From positions 17,553 to 81,552 of the forward strand of contig SWDG01000006.1 in NCBI GenBank assembly GCA_005116965.1: a DNA stretch of 64,000 bases. Reading direction: 5' to 3'. The notes beneath the pieces were generated by a model. The model saw nothing but the letters and a program-made list of their open reading frames with translations. It had not been told where the DNA came from and did not search any database. Positions within the stretch are counted from its first letter, which is position 1. Each line of letters opens with the position of its first letter. Positions 30,213 to 40,503 of this stretch are shown here, piece by piece. This stretch comes from Nitrospira sp. Its GTDB lineage: Bacteria > Nitrospirota > Nitrospiria > Nitrospirales > Nitrospiraceae. Made by a program: the position numbers and the translations under genes.

Positions 30213-31184
30213 ATGGGCCGGAGGGTGCTGTCTTACGATCGATGGATAGGTGGAATACTGTCTCTTATGGTTCTACTGGCAGGACAAGCCTATGCGGGCG
30301 ATACAGATGACAAGAAGCCGGATGATCCGAAGCCGAAGGAGCTGCTCGATTGTCGGTATGGGCAAACCTATGAGAAGACCGATGGTGAAACCGTTGGAGA
30401 AGCCTTTCCTTCCGACGACGTCTTCCGTCCCCTGCTGGCGGACCCCAAGCAGCCGCAGTTCTTTGCGACCTGGCGCGCGACCCAATCGCGTACCGACCGC
30501 ACAACCTCCAACATCGGGTCCGTGGCGATCGGAGAAAACTTTGGCTTTTATACGAGGCGGGAAGGATGTAATGGGTGGCAGATCAGCCTGCTCACCGGCA
30601 TTTTTGCTCAATTCGACTTAGATGAAAAGAACGCTCAATTGATCAACACGGACTTTAATGTCGGGATCCCAATTACCTGGCGCTCTGGAAATTGGTCCGC
30701 ACGATTGCGCTATTATCATCAAAGCAGCCACATCGGCGACGAATTTTTGGGGGCCAACCCAGGGTTTAAGTCGATTACGTTTATTCTTGAGGAAGTGGAC
30801 GCGATTCTTTCCTATGAATACCGATGGCTGCGTCTCTATGGAGGAGGCGGGTATCTCGTGCATCGCGAACCAGCCACGTTCGACCGAGGGAAGGTCCAGT
30901 GGGGATTTGAAGCACGGGCACCGTCGATGCGTACAGGGATCTTGGGATCGTTCCTTGATCGGTTGGTCGTCACGCCCGTGCTGTCTGCGGATTTCAAGTC
31001 GATCCAAGCGCACGATTGGATCATTGACACCAATGTGCTTGGCGGGTTCGAATGGTCACGAACGGGCTCTTTCCGACGGTTTCGGATCATGGCGACGTAT
31101 TTCCACGGTTATAATCCCTATGGGCTGTTTGTGATCAACCAGAAGATCGAATCGATAGGGCTTGGGGCCTACTTCATGTTTTAG
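30213..31184 (+). CDS. DUF1207-like outer-membrane protein
   Basis: Signal peptide, PLLADPKQP, LINTDF, YHQSSHIGDEF, C-terminal Phe. Confidence 0.75.
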   Translation: MGRRVLSYDRWIGGILSLMVLLAGQAYAGDTDDKKPDDPKPKELLDCRYGQTYEKTDGETVGEAFPSDDVFRPLLADPKQPQFFATWRATQSRTDRTTSNIGSVAIGENFGFYTRREGCNGWQISLLTGIFAQFDLDEKNAQLINTDFNVGIPITWRSGNWSARLRYYHQSSHIGDEFLGANPGFKSITFILEEVDAILSYEYRWLRLYGGGGYLVHREPATFDRGKVQWGFEARAPSMRTGILGSFLDRLVVTPVLSADFKSIQAHDWIIDTNVLGGFEWSRTGSFRRFRIMATYFHGYNPYGLFVINQKIESIGLGAYFMF

Positions 31185-31231
31185 CGGCTCTCAGGTCGCG
31201 ACCCCCGTATTCTTGAAAAGGAGCGAGAACG

Positions 31232-33058
31232 ATGAATAAAACAACCTCCTTTTCCATTTGGTACGTGCTCCTCGCCATCATGGCCGTGGTGCTCGTACAT
31301 GATTTCATCCTTGCCCTGAATAAGGTCGAGGAGCTCCCCTACAGTCAGTTTAAGAATTTGGTGGTGACCGGGAAAGTGGCGGAAGTCTCCGTGACCAGCC
31401 ACATACTGACCGGCAAGTTGAAGGCCGAAGGCGAATCCAAGGAGCAGAAAGCCTTTACGACCGTGCGCGTCGACGATCAGGACCTGGTCCGCGAACTCAA
31501 CCAACACGGGGTTACGTTCACCGGTGTCATTGAATCCACGTTTTGGCGCGATCTCTTGTCGTGGGTGATCCCGGTCGCTCTGTTCGCAGGGATCTGGTTT
31601 TTTATCTTTCGCCGGTTTGGCCAAGCCCAAGGCGGATTCATGCAGGTGGGGCAATCCAAAGCGAAGATCTACGTGGAAAAGGACATTAAGGTCACGTTCG
31701 CGGATGTTGCCGGTGTGGACGAAGCCAAAGAAGAACTGGGTGAGGTGATCGAGTTCCTCAAGACGCCGGAGAAGTTCACCAAACTTGGCGGCAAGATTCC
31801 CAAGGGCATACTCCTGGTCGGTCCACCCGGGACCGGCAAGACGTTGCTGGCTCGTGCGGTGGCCGGTGAGGCCGGCGTGACGTTCTTCAGCATCAGCGGC
31901 TCGGAGTTCGTCGAAATGTTCGTCGGGGTCGGGGCGGCCCGGGTCCGTGATCTCTTCGATCAGGCCAAGCTGAAAGCCCCCTGCATTATTTTCATCGATG
32001 AGTTGGATGCGCTCGGAAAAGCCCGTGGCGCGGGGCCCATGGGGCATGAGGAGCGAGAGCAAACGCTCAATCAGCTGCTCGTCGAGATGGACGGCTTTGA
32101 TCCTCGCATCGGCGTCATTCTCATGGCCGCGACCAATCGCCCCGAGATTCTTGATCCTGCGTTGCTGCGGGCCGGCCGATTCGATCGTCATGTGGTGGTG
32201 GACCGTCCGGACAAGATCGGTCGCCTTGCCATTCTTCGTGTGCATGCCAAACAGGTGACACTGGGCCCCGACGCGGATCTGGAAAACATCGCCGCGATGA
32301 CGCCTGGGTTCTCCGGAGCAGATTTGGCCAACATCATCAATGAGGCGGCGTTGCTGGCAGTGCGGCGCAGCAAGGATCAGGTCGGTTTTTCTGAATTACA
32401 GGAGGCGGTCGAGCGAGTCATTGCCGGCTTGGAGAAGAAGAATCGCGTCCTGAATAAGATGGAGAAGGAGCGGGTGGCTTACCATGAGACGGGTCATGCC
32501 CTCGTTGCCATGTCCTTGCCGGGGATGGATCAGGTCCAGAAGATCTCGATCATTCCGCGCGGCGTGGCGGCCCTCGGCTATACCTTGCAACTTCCGACCG
32601 AAGACCGGTTTCTGATGACGAAATCGGAATTAGAGAATAAAGTTGCCGTGCTACTCGGCGGGCGGATCGCAGAAGAAACGATCTTCGGGGAAGCCTCCAC
32701 GGGGGCTCAGAATGATCTGGTGAAGGCCACCGACATTGCAAAAAGCATGGTGAAGGCTTATGGAATGAGCGAGAAGCTCGGTACTATCACCTTGGAGCGA
32801 GAACGACAGCCTCAATTCCTCCAACTTCCGGTTGCGTCGGAACGAGGGGACTACTCCGAAGAGACTGCGCGTGAAATCGATTGTGAAGTGCGGCGGATCA
32901 TTGACGAGCAGTACGGACGGGTGAAGTCCTTGCTGGAGGAGAACAAAGCCGCTCTGCAACAGGGGGCCACACTGTTGTTAGAACGAGAGGTGATCACAGG
33001 GGCTGAGCTGAAAACTATTATGGGGAAGCTGTCAGCGGACGTGAGGGCCTTCTTGTGA
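31232..33058 (+). CDS. ftsH: ATP-dependent zinc metalloprotease FtsH
   Basis: Two transmembrane helices, [25 protein letters not shown] zinc motif. Confidence 0.97.
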   Translation: MNKTTSFSIWYVLLAIMAVVLVHDFILALNKVEELPYSQFKNLVVTGKVAEVSVTSHILTGKLKAEGESKEQKAFTTVRVDDQDLVRELNQHGVTFTGVIESTFWRDLLSWVIPVALFAGIWFFIFRRFGQAQGGFMQVGQSKAKIYVEKDIKVTFADVAGVDEAKEELGEVIEFLKTPEKFTKLGGKIPKGILLVGPPGTGKTLLARAVAGEAGVTFFSISGSEFVEMFVGVGAARVRDLFDQAKLKAPCIIFIDELDALGKARGAGPMGHEEREQTLNQLLVEMDGFDPRIGVILMAATNRPEILDPALLRAGRFDRHVVVDRPDKIGRLAILRVHAKQVTLGPDADLENIAAMTPGFSGADLANIINEAALLAVRRSKDQVGFSELQEAVERVIAGLEKKNRVLNKMEKERVAYHETGHALVAMSLPGMDQVQKISIIPRGVAALGYTLQLPTEDRFLMTKSELENKVAVLLGGRIAEETIFGEASTGAQNDLVKATDIAKSMVKAYGMSEKLGTITLERERQPQFLQLPVASERGDYSEETAREIDCEVRRIIDEQYGRVKSLLEENKAALQQGATLLLEREVITGAELKTIMGKLSADVRAFL

Positions 33059-33124
33059 TCTTCAGGCGACGGTCCTCATGAAGCGTGATGTGTGGCGGCG
33101 TGACGAGTCGAAGCGACTGACGGA

Positions 33125-34246
33125 GTGAAGCCGGTGGAACAACAGGCAACTATCTCGGTCGAGGACAATGTGATTCGCTGCCGGGGGTCTTGGACTCTTC
33201 CACATTTGTCCCGGCTGGAGCAGCGAGGCCGAGCGCTTCGATGGCCTGAGACTCCTACCGTCCTTTACGACGCCGGTGAAGTGACGGCCATGGATACGGG
33301 CGGCGCGCTCATACTGCAGCGTTGCATCGACGGCGTGCGGCACAAGGGGCAGCAGACTGCACTCCAAGGGTTGAAACCTGAATTCGACGAGTTGCTCAGG
33401 AAAGTGGAAGTCGAGTGGTCCCGACCCGAGGGAAGCGGTGCGGGTCCCGGGATGAGCTGGGTGGAACGTCTCACGAGTGCTGTGCAGTCTCGGCAGGTGT
33501 CTGCGATTCACGCGCTCGCATTTGTCGGAGAAAGTACCATCGCATTCGGCCGAGCGCTGATACGGCCGCGTTCCATACGATGGCGGGCACTCCTGCGAAT
33601 CGTGGAATTGGATGGTGTGCGGGCCTTGCCGATCACCGGCCTGCTGACGTTTCTGGTCGGTGTCGTGATTGCCTATCAGGGTGCAGAACAACTCCGGAAG
33701 TTCGGCACCAACATCTTTATCGTGGACCTGGTCGGCATCTCGCTGTTGCGTGAAATTGCGCCGTTGATCGTGGCGATCCTCATCGCCGGGCGTTCCGGAT
33801 CAGCCTATGCGGCGGAGATCGGCACGATGAAGGTCACCGAAGAATTGGACGCGGTGCGGACACTGGGTATTTCGCCCATGAACTTGCTCGTGCTGCCGCG
33901 AGCGTTTGGCCTGGTCATCGCCCTCCCTCTGTTGACGGTGTACGCGGATGCCGTAGGCGTATTCGGCGGCATGCTCATCGCCCTGGGAGAGCTCAATGTG
34001 AGTTTCGCCGAATTTTTGGCTCGATTCGAGGAAGCCGTTCCTGTGCGTCACTTGCTCATTGGGTTAGGGAAGGCACCATTCTTTGCAGCGATCATCGCCT
34101 TGGTGGGTTGCTATCAAGGATTTCAGATCAGAGGTGGCGTCGATGACGTGGGTCGACACACCACCATCAGTGTCGTGCAAGGAATTTTTCTCGTAATCGT
34201 GTTCGATGCAATCTGCAGTATCCTGCTCAATTGGTGGGATTTATAA
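33125..34246 (+). CDS. mlaE: MlaE-family permease with N-terminal STAS domain
   Basis: MDTGG STAS motif, REIAPLI.AILIAGRSGSA.AAEIGTMKVTEE. Confidence 0.9.
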   Translation: MKPVEQQATISVEDNVIRCRGSWTLPHLSRLEQRGRALRWPETPTVLYDAGEVTAMDTGGALILQRCIDGVRHKGQQTALQGLKPEFDELLRKVEVEWSRPEGSGAGPGMSWVERLTSAVQSRQVSAIHALAFVGESTIAFGRALIRPRSIRWRALLRIVELDGVRALPITGLLTFLVGVVIAYQGAEQLRKFGTNIFIVDLVGISLLREIAPLIVAILIAGRSGSAYAAEIGTMKVTEELDAVRTLGISPMNLLVLPRAFGLVIALPLLTVYADAVGVFGGMLIALGELNVSFAEFLARFEEAVPVRHLLIGLGKAPFFAAIIALVGCYQGFQIRGGVDDVGRHTTISVVQGIFLVIVFDAICSILLNWWDL

Positions 34247-34280
34247 CCGGTATGCGACAATCAGTCAGGGGTGGTCACTG

Positions 34281-35096
34281 ATGCCGTCGGTTACGAATAT
34301 GGCGGCCACGGTGATTGATGTGAGCCACGTCGCGACGAAGTTTGGACAGGCCGTCGTGCATGAGGACGTCAGTCTGTCCATCCAACGGGGCGAAATTTTC
34401 GCGATTGCCGGTGGCAACGGGTGCGGCAAGACGACGCTATTACGTGAGATCATCGGCCTGATCACACCCTCAGCCGGAATGATTCAAATTCTTGGGGTAG
34501 ACAGTCGGCAGCTGGAAGAAGGCAATGGCCGACCGATTCACCGGCGGTTCGGTGTGATGTTCCAGCATGGCGCGTTGTTCAGCTCGTTTACGCTGGCGGA
34601 GAATGTTGCCGTGCCGCTGCGCGAGCATACGACTCTGAGTGAGGCACTGATCTGTGATATTGTCGCTGCCAAGATTGCCATGGTGGGGTTACCGCCTGCG
34701 AGTGCAGCGAAGTATCCCAACGAACTCAGCGGAGGGATGCGAAGACGAGCTGCGCTCGCCCGAGCGATTGTGATGGATCCGGAGTTGTTGTTTCTCGACG
34801 AGCCGACCGCTGGGCTCGATCCGATCATCGCTGCAGGATTTGATGATCTCGTGCTCTCATTGAAAAGTCTTTTGGGACTGACGGTGGTGATGGTGACACA
34901 TGATCTGGATTCACTGTGGCGGATCGCCAATCGTGTGGCAGTGCTTGGTCGTGGAACGGTCCTGGGAATCGGCACCATGCAGGAGTTGTCCCGATCAGAC
35001 GATCCCATTATCCGTGAATACTTCCGTGGCCCACGTGGAAGGGCGGCGAGCGAACAGGCAGCGTGGAACCATGGGAACGTGAAGCGTGAAGCGTAG
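34281..35096 (+). CDS. mlaF: MlaF-family ABC ATPase
   Basis: GGNGCGKT, LSGGMRRR, FLDEPTAGLDP, VTHD. Confidence 0.92.
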   Translation: MPSVTNMAATVIDVSHVATKFGQAVVHEDVSLSIQRGEIFAIAGGNGCGKTTLLREIIGLITPSAGMIQILGVDSRQLEEGNGRPIHRRFGVMFQHGALFSSFTLAENVAVPLREHTTLSEALICDIVAAKIAMVGLPPASAAKYPNELSGGMRRRAALARAIVMDPELLFLDEPTAGLDPIIAAGFDDLVLSLKSLLGLTVVMVTHDLDSLWRIANRVAVLGRGTVLGIGTMQELSRSDDPIIREYFRGPRGRAASEQAAWNHGNVKREA

Positions 35097-35222
35097 CTCG
35101 CACTCAGTTTCGAGTTCCAGATTTCTCGTTTCAAGTTTGGAGACGATACTTTCTTGCAACTTGCAACGTGCAACGTGCAACTTGAAACTTTGAACTCAGG
35201 ATCGAGATGCGAATGACGAGAT
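35076..35222. repeat. Nested heptamer inverted repeat element
   Basis: Outer GTGAAGC x2 ... CGAGATG/CGAATGA; inner GTTTCRA-type units (35106-35138) against six GCAACKT-like units (35156-35197). Confidence 0.8.
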
Positions 35223-35239
35223 ATCAAGAAGGCATCTAG

Positions 35240-36202
35240 ATGGAACCAAAGGTCAACTATATCCTGGTTGGATCGTTTGTGGCGTTTCTTGGAGCGGCTG
35301 TCCTGGTTGGAATTTTGTGGCTAGGGAAGACCGACTACCGCGGCTCTTATGACCGGTACGAGGCCTACATGCGTGAGTCGGTGGCAGGATTGAGCGTGGA
35401 TTCGACTGTCAAATATCGTGGCGTGGATGTTGGGCGGGTTAAGTCCATTACCTTGAGACCGGATAATCCGGAAGAAGTGCTGTTGACCCTTGATGTTGTT
35501 CGGGGAACGCCGGTCAAGACCGACACAATCGCCAAACTAGAAACCCAGGGTCTTACAGGTCTTGCCACAATTAATTTGACTGGGGGGAGTCGAGATGCTC
35601 TGTCCCTGCAGGCCCAGACGGGACAAGTTTACCCGGTCATCAAGACCGGTCCTTCGCTTTTCTTCCGTTTGGATGAAGCAGTTTCCCGCTTACTCTCGGA
35701 GGAAGGTTTGGCTCAACTGTTGGTTGATCTTGATTCCGCGGCAAAAGGAGCGGCAAAGGTTCTCGATGAAGACAATCGTATACTGCTGAAGCGGACGATC
35801 AAGGATCTTTCGGATGTAGCACAGACGGTTGCGACCCACAAGACTCAAATTGAGCAAAGCTTGAATGGTGCGGCCAAAAGTGCCGACAACCTAGTCAAAC
35901 TCACGGCGTCCCTGAACGAGCAGGTCCCGACTCTGCTCGCCGGCCTCAACAAGAGCGTCGCTGCGTTGGGTACTGCGACCGATGAACTGGCTCGGACCAG
36001 CAAGGCCGTTGGCACTGTTGTTAATGAAGCCAGACCAGAGCTGCAGCAGTTCACGCGACGGACTTTGCCTGAAGCCGGGCAGTTGGTCACGGAACTTAGA
36101 CAGCTCACTGGTACACTAAATCGGGTGGCTAGAGAATTGGAACGAGAGCCGAGTTCGCTCATGTTTGGACGAAAAACGCCATCACGCGGACCAGGGGAGT
36201 AA
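35240..36202 (+). CDS. mlaD: MlaD/MCE-domain protein
   Basis: N-terminal transmembrane helix, SVAGL..DSTVKYRGVDVGRV, QGLTG, coiled coil. Confidence 0.92.
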   Translation: MEPKVNYILVGSFVAFLGAAVLVGILWLGKTDYRGSYDRYEAYMRESVAGLSVDSTVKYRGVDVGRVKSITLRPDNPEEVLLTLDVVRGTPVKTDTIAKLETQGLTGLATINLTGGSRDALSLQAQTGQVYPVIKTGPSLFFRLDEAVSRLLSEEGLAQLLVDLDSAAKGAAKVLDEDNRILLKRTIKDLSDVAQTVATHKTQIEQSLNGAAKSADNLVKLTASLNEQVPTLLAGLNKSVAALGTATDELARTSKAVGTVVNEARPELQQFTRRTLPEAGQLVTELRQLTGTLNRVARELEREPSSLMFGRKTPSRGPGE

Positions 36203-36229
36203 TATACGGAAGAATGATGCGAGCATGAG

Positions 36230-36868
36230 ATGATGACCTCTCGACTCATACATATAGCCTGTGCGCTGTTAGTGTTGACGGCGGCTGGTTGCCTGTCGCC
36301 CCGTGGGGATTCCGCGGAGATTCACACGTATCAGTTGAGTCTGGATAGATGGTCCAGCGAGACCCGTTCCGGCGAGAGTGATGGCCCGGTGCTGCTTGTG
36401 AGTCAGCCTCAAGCCGAGCCAGGCTTTGAGTCACAGCGCATGGTGTACGTCAAGCGTCTGTACGAGCTAGAGTACTATGCCGTGAATCAATGGGCCGAGA
36501 CACCGGTGCGCATGTTTGCCCCGTTACTAGTCCAGGTGCTCAACCAGAGTGGCGTGTGGCGCGCCGTGATTCCGCTACCGAGCTCGGTTCGAGGGGACTA
36601 TCGCCTCGATTCATATGGATTCGTCCTACAGCAGGAGTTTCTCCAGCAACCCAGTCGTGTGAGGGTCATGCTTCGCGCACAGCTGGTCGACTTACAAGAG
36701 TCGACAATCCTGAGTGCGAGAACGTTTGAGGTCGTGGAGAACGCCACGAGCGAGAATCCCTATGCGGGTGTCCAGGCTGCTAACCGAGCGGTTGCCGGGT
36801 TACTCGATCAAATCGGTTCGTGGCTTCGGCAGTGTATCCAGCATGCGCCTGAGTGCAGCCGCGCATAG
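36230..36868 (+). CDS. ABC-transport auxiliary lipoprotein (PqiC-like)
   Basis: Lipobox AAGC, YYAVNQWAETP; follows mlaD. Confidence 0.85.
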   Translation: MMTSRLIHIACALLVLTAAGCLSPRGDSAEIHTYQLSLDRWSSETRSGESDGPVLLVSQPQAEPGFESQRMVYVKRLYELEYYAVNQWAETPVRMFAPLLVQVLNQSGVWRAVIPLPSSVRGDYRLDSYGFVLQQEFLQQPSRVRVMLRAQLVDLQESTILSARTFEVVENATSENPYAGVQAANRAVAGLLDQIGSWLRQCIQHAPECSRA

Positions 36869-36992
36869 ATATTCGTGAACTGATCTTTATGCATCGATGA
36901 AACGGATTGACGCTCTCTCCTTTGGGCTGCAACTCACCCGGTTTCATTGTTGCAGCAAACGGTTGTCTCGCCAAAAAAAGACAAGCATATTC

Positions 36993-37442
36993 ATGTGGAA
37001 CCCTATCGCATTGGCATCCGTGCTTCTTGCAGCGTTGCTGCTTCATGAATCGACTTGGGGCGCTGGCCTTGCTGCGGGAGGTGGAGCGAATCAGCCGCAT
37101 CGTATCATCATGCATCTCAACGCGAGTGACGAAAAGGTCCAGCGCGGCACCCTCAACAACATCAAACATCTCTATCAGGAACTCGGGCCGCAGAACCTCA
37201 CGGTTGAACTGGTGGTGCATGGGGCAGGCCTTCCACTTCTGACAAAAAAAGGCACAGCATTTGCTGCTGAGTTGGCTGATTTAAAGAAGACGTATGGCAT
37301 CAACTACACGGCCTGTTCCAACACCATGAAGACTATGCAGGTGACGAGGGAGGATTTGATCGGCGAAGTAGATGATACCGTGCCGGCGATGGTCCGGCTC
37401 ATGGAGCGACAGGAACAAGGTTGGGTGTACATAAAGCCGTAA
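36993..37442 (+). CDS. Exported DsrE-family protein
   Basis: Signal peptide, VELVVHGAG, ACSNTM, QEQGWVYIKP. Confidence 0.82.
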   Translation: MWNPIALASVLLAALLLHESTWGAGLAAGGGANQPHRIIMHLNASDEKVQRGTLNNIKHLYQELGPQNLTVELVVHGAGLPLLTKKGTAFAAELADLKKTYGINYTACSNTMKTMQVTREDLIGEVDDTVPAMVRLMERQEQGWVYIKP

Positions 37443-37482
37443 CCGATGGGTATTGATTCAAAGCTAGAGCCGTGGAGGAAGA

Positions 37483-37917
37483 ATGGAACAAAAGAGTAAA
37501 GTGTATCTGTATCAGACCGCAGTGAAGTGGACGGAACAGCGCAAGGGCGTGATCGCTTGTACGGGGAAGCCTGATGTGCAGGTGGCAACACCGCCGGAGT
37601 TCAAGGGACATGACGGCATCTGGTCTCCCGAGGATCTCTTCGTGGCCTCCGCCAATGTCTGTTTAATGACGACGTTTCTCGCAGTGGCGGAACGAGCCGG
37701 ACTCGCCTTCTCTGCCTATGAGAGCACGGCGGAAGGTCGATTGGAGTTGGTGGAGGGAAAATTTCAATTCACTGCCATCACGATCAGGCCTTCCATCACC
37801 GTGAAGTCTGGAGAGGATGCGGGCAAAGCCAAGGAGCTGATTGAAAAAGCTGAGCGGAATTGTTTGATTTCCAACTCGATGAAAGCCTCAGTGACCTTGG
37901 AGGCGGTCATCTATTAG
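37483..37917 (+). CDS. OsmC-family protein
   Basis: PPEFKG..WSPEDL..S..C.MTTF and CLISNS (two Cys). Confidence 0.88.
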   Translation: MEQKSKVYLYQTAVKWTEQRKGVIACTGKPDVQVATPPEFKGHDGIWSPEDLFVASANVCLMTTFLAVAERAGLAFSAYESTAEGRLELVEGKFQFTAITIRPSITVKSGEDAGKAKELIEKAERNCLISNSMKASVTLEAVIY

Positions 37918-37998
37918 CACTGCGGAACTACTTGCCACTGAGGCTTGTGTTGGTGAGTAGGAAGGTGGAGTTGTGAGGTCACAGTCAACGGAGAGCGG

Positions 37999-38763
37999 TT
38001 ACTGGTGCTCGAGATCGAACTGTGTAACCGAGTCTAAGCTCTTGGCAGCCACCGCTGCCTCCCATCCCGTTTCACAAGAGAGAAGGCGAACCTGCAACGT
38101 ATCCGTGAACTGCGCACCCAATCGTGCCCGAACTTCCGTGCAGACTTCGTCGGCCTCAAGGAAGATTTCGCAGTCGGGCAGTCCCTGAAGACCGATACCT
38201 TGTGCCTTGAGCAGCGCCTCTTTCGCAACCCAGTAGCGGAAGAATCGCACGGCTCGTTGTTCCTCAGGAGCCTCCATGATCGCCGTGTGTTCGGAACGAG
38301 TAAAATAGCGCTTGGATAATTTCGCAACCTCGACTTCTGAACGAACGCATTCAAGATCCACTCCGACTTCCTGCGCCTGTGAGACTGCGATGAGCGCACG
38401 GCCATAGGCGTGAGACAAATTGAACGTGATCGCTGACCGATCTCGTAGTTCCCTCGTCAGGAAGGGCTTGCCTGTTGCACTGCGCTCCAGCGCGACCACA
38501 TCCGGAGTGATTCCAAGGTACTTACTCAGCACGGCTCTCAGACCTCCGTGAGCCAGCACGTAACGCTGCCGGATATCGTCCCGAACAAGGCGCGCCGCTC
38601 GGTGCCGCTCGATTTCATCCAACCAGCTGGTGCATTGTTCCAGGCAGCGCTGCGATCCGTCGAGCTCAATTCCCCACAGGTGAACTGTGTTCGATGGAAG
38701 GCAGATATGATTCCGCCGCCGTGTATCGGCTAGACGCTCAAGTGATTGGAACGAGATCAACAT
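37999..38763 (-). CDS. Sfp-type 4'-phosphopantetheinyl transferase
   Basis: GKP, FNLSH, VGVDLE, WVAKEALLKAQG. Confidence 0.93.
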   Translation of the reverse strand: MLISFQSLERLADTRRRNHICLPSNTVHLWGIELDGSQRCLEQCTSWLDEIERHRAARLVRDDIRQRYVLAHGGLRAVLSKYLGITPDVVALERSATGKPFLTRELRDRSAITFNLSHAYGRALIAVSQAQEVGVDLECVRSEVEVAKLSKRYFTRSEHTAIMEAPEEQRAVRFFRYWVAKEALLKAQGIGLQGLPDCEIFLEADEVCTEVRARLGAQFTDTLQVRLLSCETGWEAAVAAKSLDSVTQFDLEHQ

Positions 38764-38793
38764 CTTGCAGTTCCAAATGCACACGTCCCGACA

Positions 38794-40455
38794 TCATGTC
38801 GTCATCCTTGCGCTGCTGTCTTTCACATGCTCCACAACCTTCCCGTCATCCAATTTAATGACCTGGTTGCCGAGATGGAAATACCGATCATCGTGAGTAA
38901 TCACGATAACCGTTTTCCCTCGCGCGCGTAGGTCTGGAAGCAATGTCTTGTAAAACACCTCTTTGTACTGCGGATCTTGATCCGCTGCCCATTCATCAAA
39001 CACATAGATCGAGCGATCCTCCAGGTAGGCCGTAATAAGCGCCAACCGCTTGCGTTGCCCTTGAGAGAGATCAAGGGTTGAGAAGGTGCGATCGCGTACA
39101 GTGACTTTGTGATCCAAATGCAGCAATCGCAAGTATTGAGGCGCGAGGCTATGGACCTGAGAATCCGAGTGACCAAGGAGTTTCTTGAAGAGGTAAAAGT
39201 CTGAAAATATGACTGAGAAGTGTTCGCGGTACCACTCTCGATTGGCATCAGTGATCATCGTACCAGCTAGTTTCACGTCTCCTCGTAGCGGCTGATACAA
39301 CCCCGAAAGAACTTTTACAAGTGTGGATTTCCCGCTTCCATTCCCTCCGATGATGAACACCAATTCGCCCGGACATAACTCTAGGCTGATGGGACCCAGC
39401 GTGAAGGGCGTTTCGGCATCATTATCTTGCCCGTAAGAAAACACGACATCGGTCCATTGCACGATGGGAGAGATCCCAGGCTCGAGACCTACTACTTCTC
39501 TCGTCTGGACGTCCTCTGGACAGACATCCAGCGATATGCCCAATCGTTCAATATTTTCCAATGCCACTTGACCTCGTTCGAGAGTTGGTGCCGTACTGAT
39601 GAGACTTGAAATGGGGCCCATCATATAGATCATGGCGACAATGTATCCAGTCAGTGCCTCTGAAGAGATAAGCCCAAAAGATGGAAATAGGAAAATGATG
39701 AAACCGATGAGGGAGTATAGGGAGACCGCATTCCAGGCTCCAAGCAGCGCTTGTATCCGCGTTGCTTCCAGATTCGTCTTTCTATAGAGTTCTGCCGCTC
39801 CTCGCACTTCCTCATCGACAAACTCCTGTCGTCGCGCCCGATGCATCAACAGCTCCTTTAGCCCGTCGGTGAGCGAGCGAAATCGTTGAAACAACTCAGC
39901 TCTGGCATCACGGGATGCGGCAATGATGTCGCGGACACTGGTGTGTAACCACTGATGTACTACGACACTCACGACAGCAACTCCGAGCACTGCGAGAAAT
40001 ACGCTCCACGACAACCAAGCAAGGAAGATTCCGCAGCCCAACACAAGTGCGCCATTCATGAGAAAACTAGGGAAACATTGGATCGCCCAGGTAACCCAAC
40101 TCACGTCATCCGTTAGGGTGACCAGAATATGGTTGGCCCCTCGTTGTTCGGAACGAAGTAACGGAGCCCGCAAGATCTTTGCGCAGAGAGACAAAGAGAG
40201 GTCCAAGATTGTGTCTTGTGAAAAGCGGACGAGCAGAACCTGGGATCCAAGCTGTGCCAGAATCTTGCCGGCGACAAGGCCGACAAACCCTAGCAGTACA
40301 AGAAGGGAATGGTCAGAGGGATGATGAACCACATAATTGATGAGTGCTAAGACTCCGGCGCTCAATAGCCCAGACAGGATGCCGACACAAAGCATGAGCC
40401 AGGCCATGGAGCTCGACCGTTGCACGATAAAGCGGAAAAATCGTCCAAAGGGCAT
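38794..40455 (-). CDS. Cyclic peptide export ABC transporter (PvdE/SyrD family)
   Basis: Transmembrane domain plus GGNGSGKST, LSQGQRKRLAL, FDEWAADQDP, ITHDD. Confidence 0.93.
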   Translation of the reverse strand: MPFGRFFRFIVQRSSSMAWLMLCVGILSGLLSAGVLALINYVVHHPSDHSLLVLLGFVGLVAGKILAQLGSQVLLVRFSQDTILDLSLSLCAKILRAPLLRSEQRGANHILVTLTDDVSWVTWAIQCFPSFLMNGALVLGCGIFLAWLSWSVFLAVLGVAVVSVVVHQWLHTSVRDIIAASRDARAELFQRFRSLTDGLKELLMHRARRQEFVDEEVRGAAELYRKTNLEATRIQALLGAWNAVSLYSLIGFIIFLFPSFGLISSEALTGYIVAMIYMMGPISSLISTAPTLERGQVALENIERLGISLDVCPEDVQTREVVGLEPGISPIVQWTDVVFSYGQDNDAETPFTLGPISLELCPGELVFIIGGNGSGKSTLVKVLSGLYQPLRGDVKLAGTMITDANREWYREHFSVIFSDFYLFKKLLGHSDSQVHSLAPQYLRLLHLDHKVTVRDRTFSTLDLSQGQRKRLALITAYLEDRSIYVFDEWAADQDPQYKEVFYKTLLPDLRARGKTVIVITHDDRYFHLGNQVIKLDDGKVVEHVKDSSARMTT

Positions 40456-40503
40456 CGTCGACTAGCCTCACTGTCACCAGGAAAGGAGAGAGGATGTGCA
40501 CAC

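Noticed and set aside
31181..32245. 354-aa ORF on the - strand
   Set aside because: Antisense shadow of ftsH
35076..35222. Possible CRISPR array
   Set aside because: Units are 7-nt tandem repeats without unique spacers; no cas genes in the window
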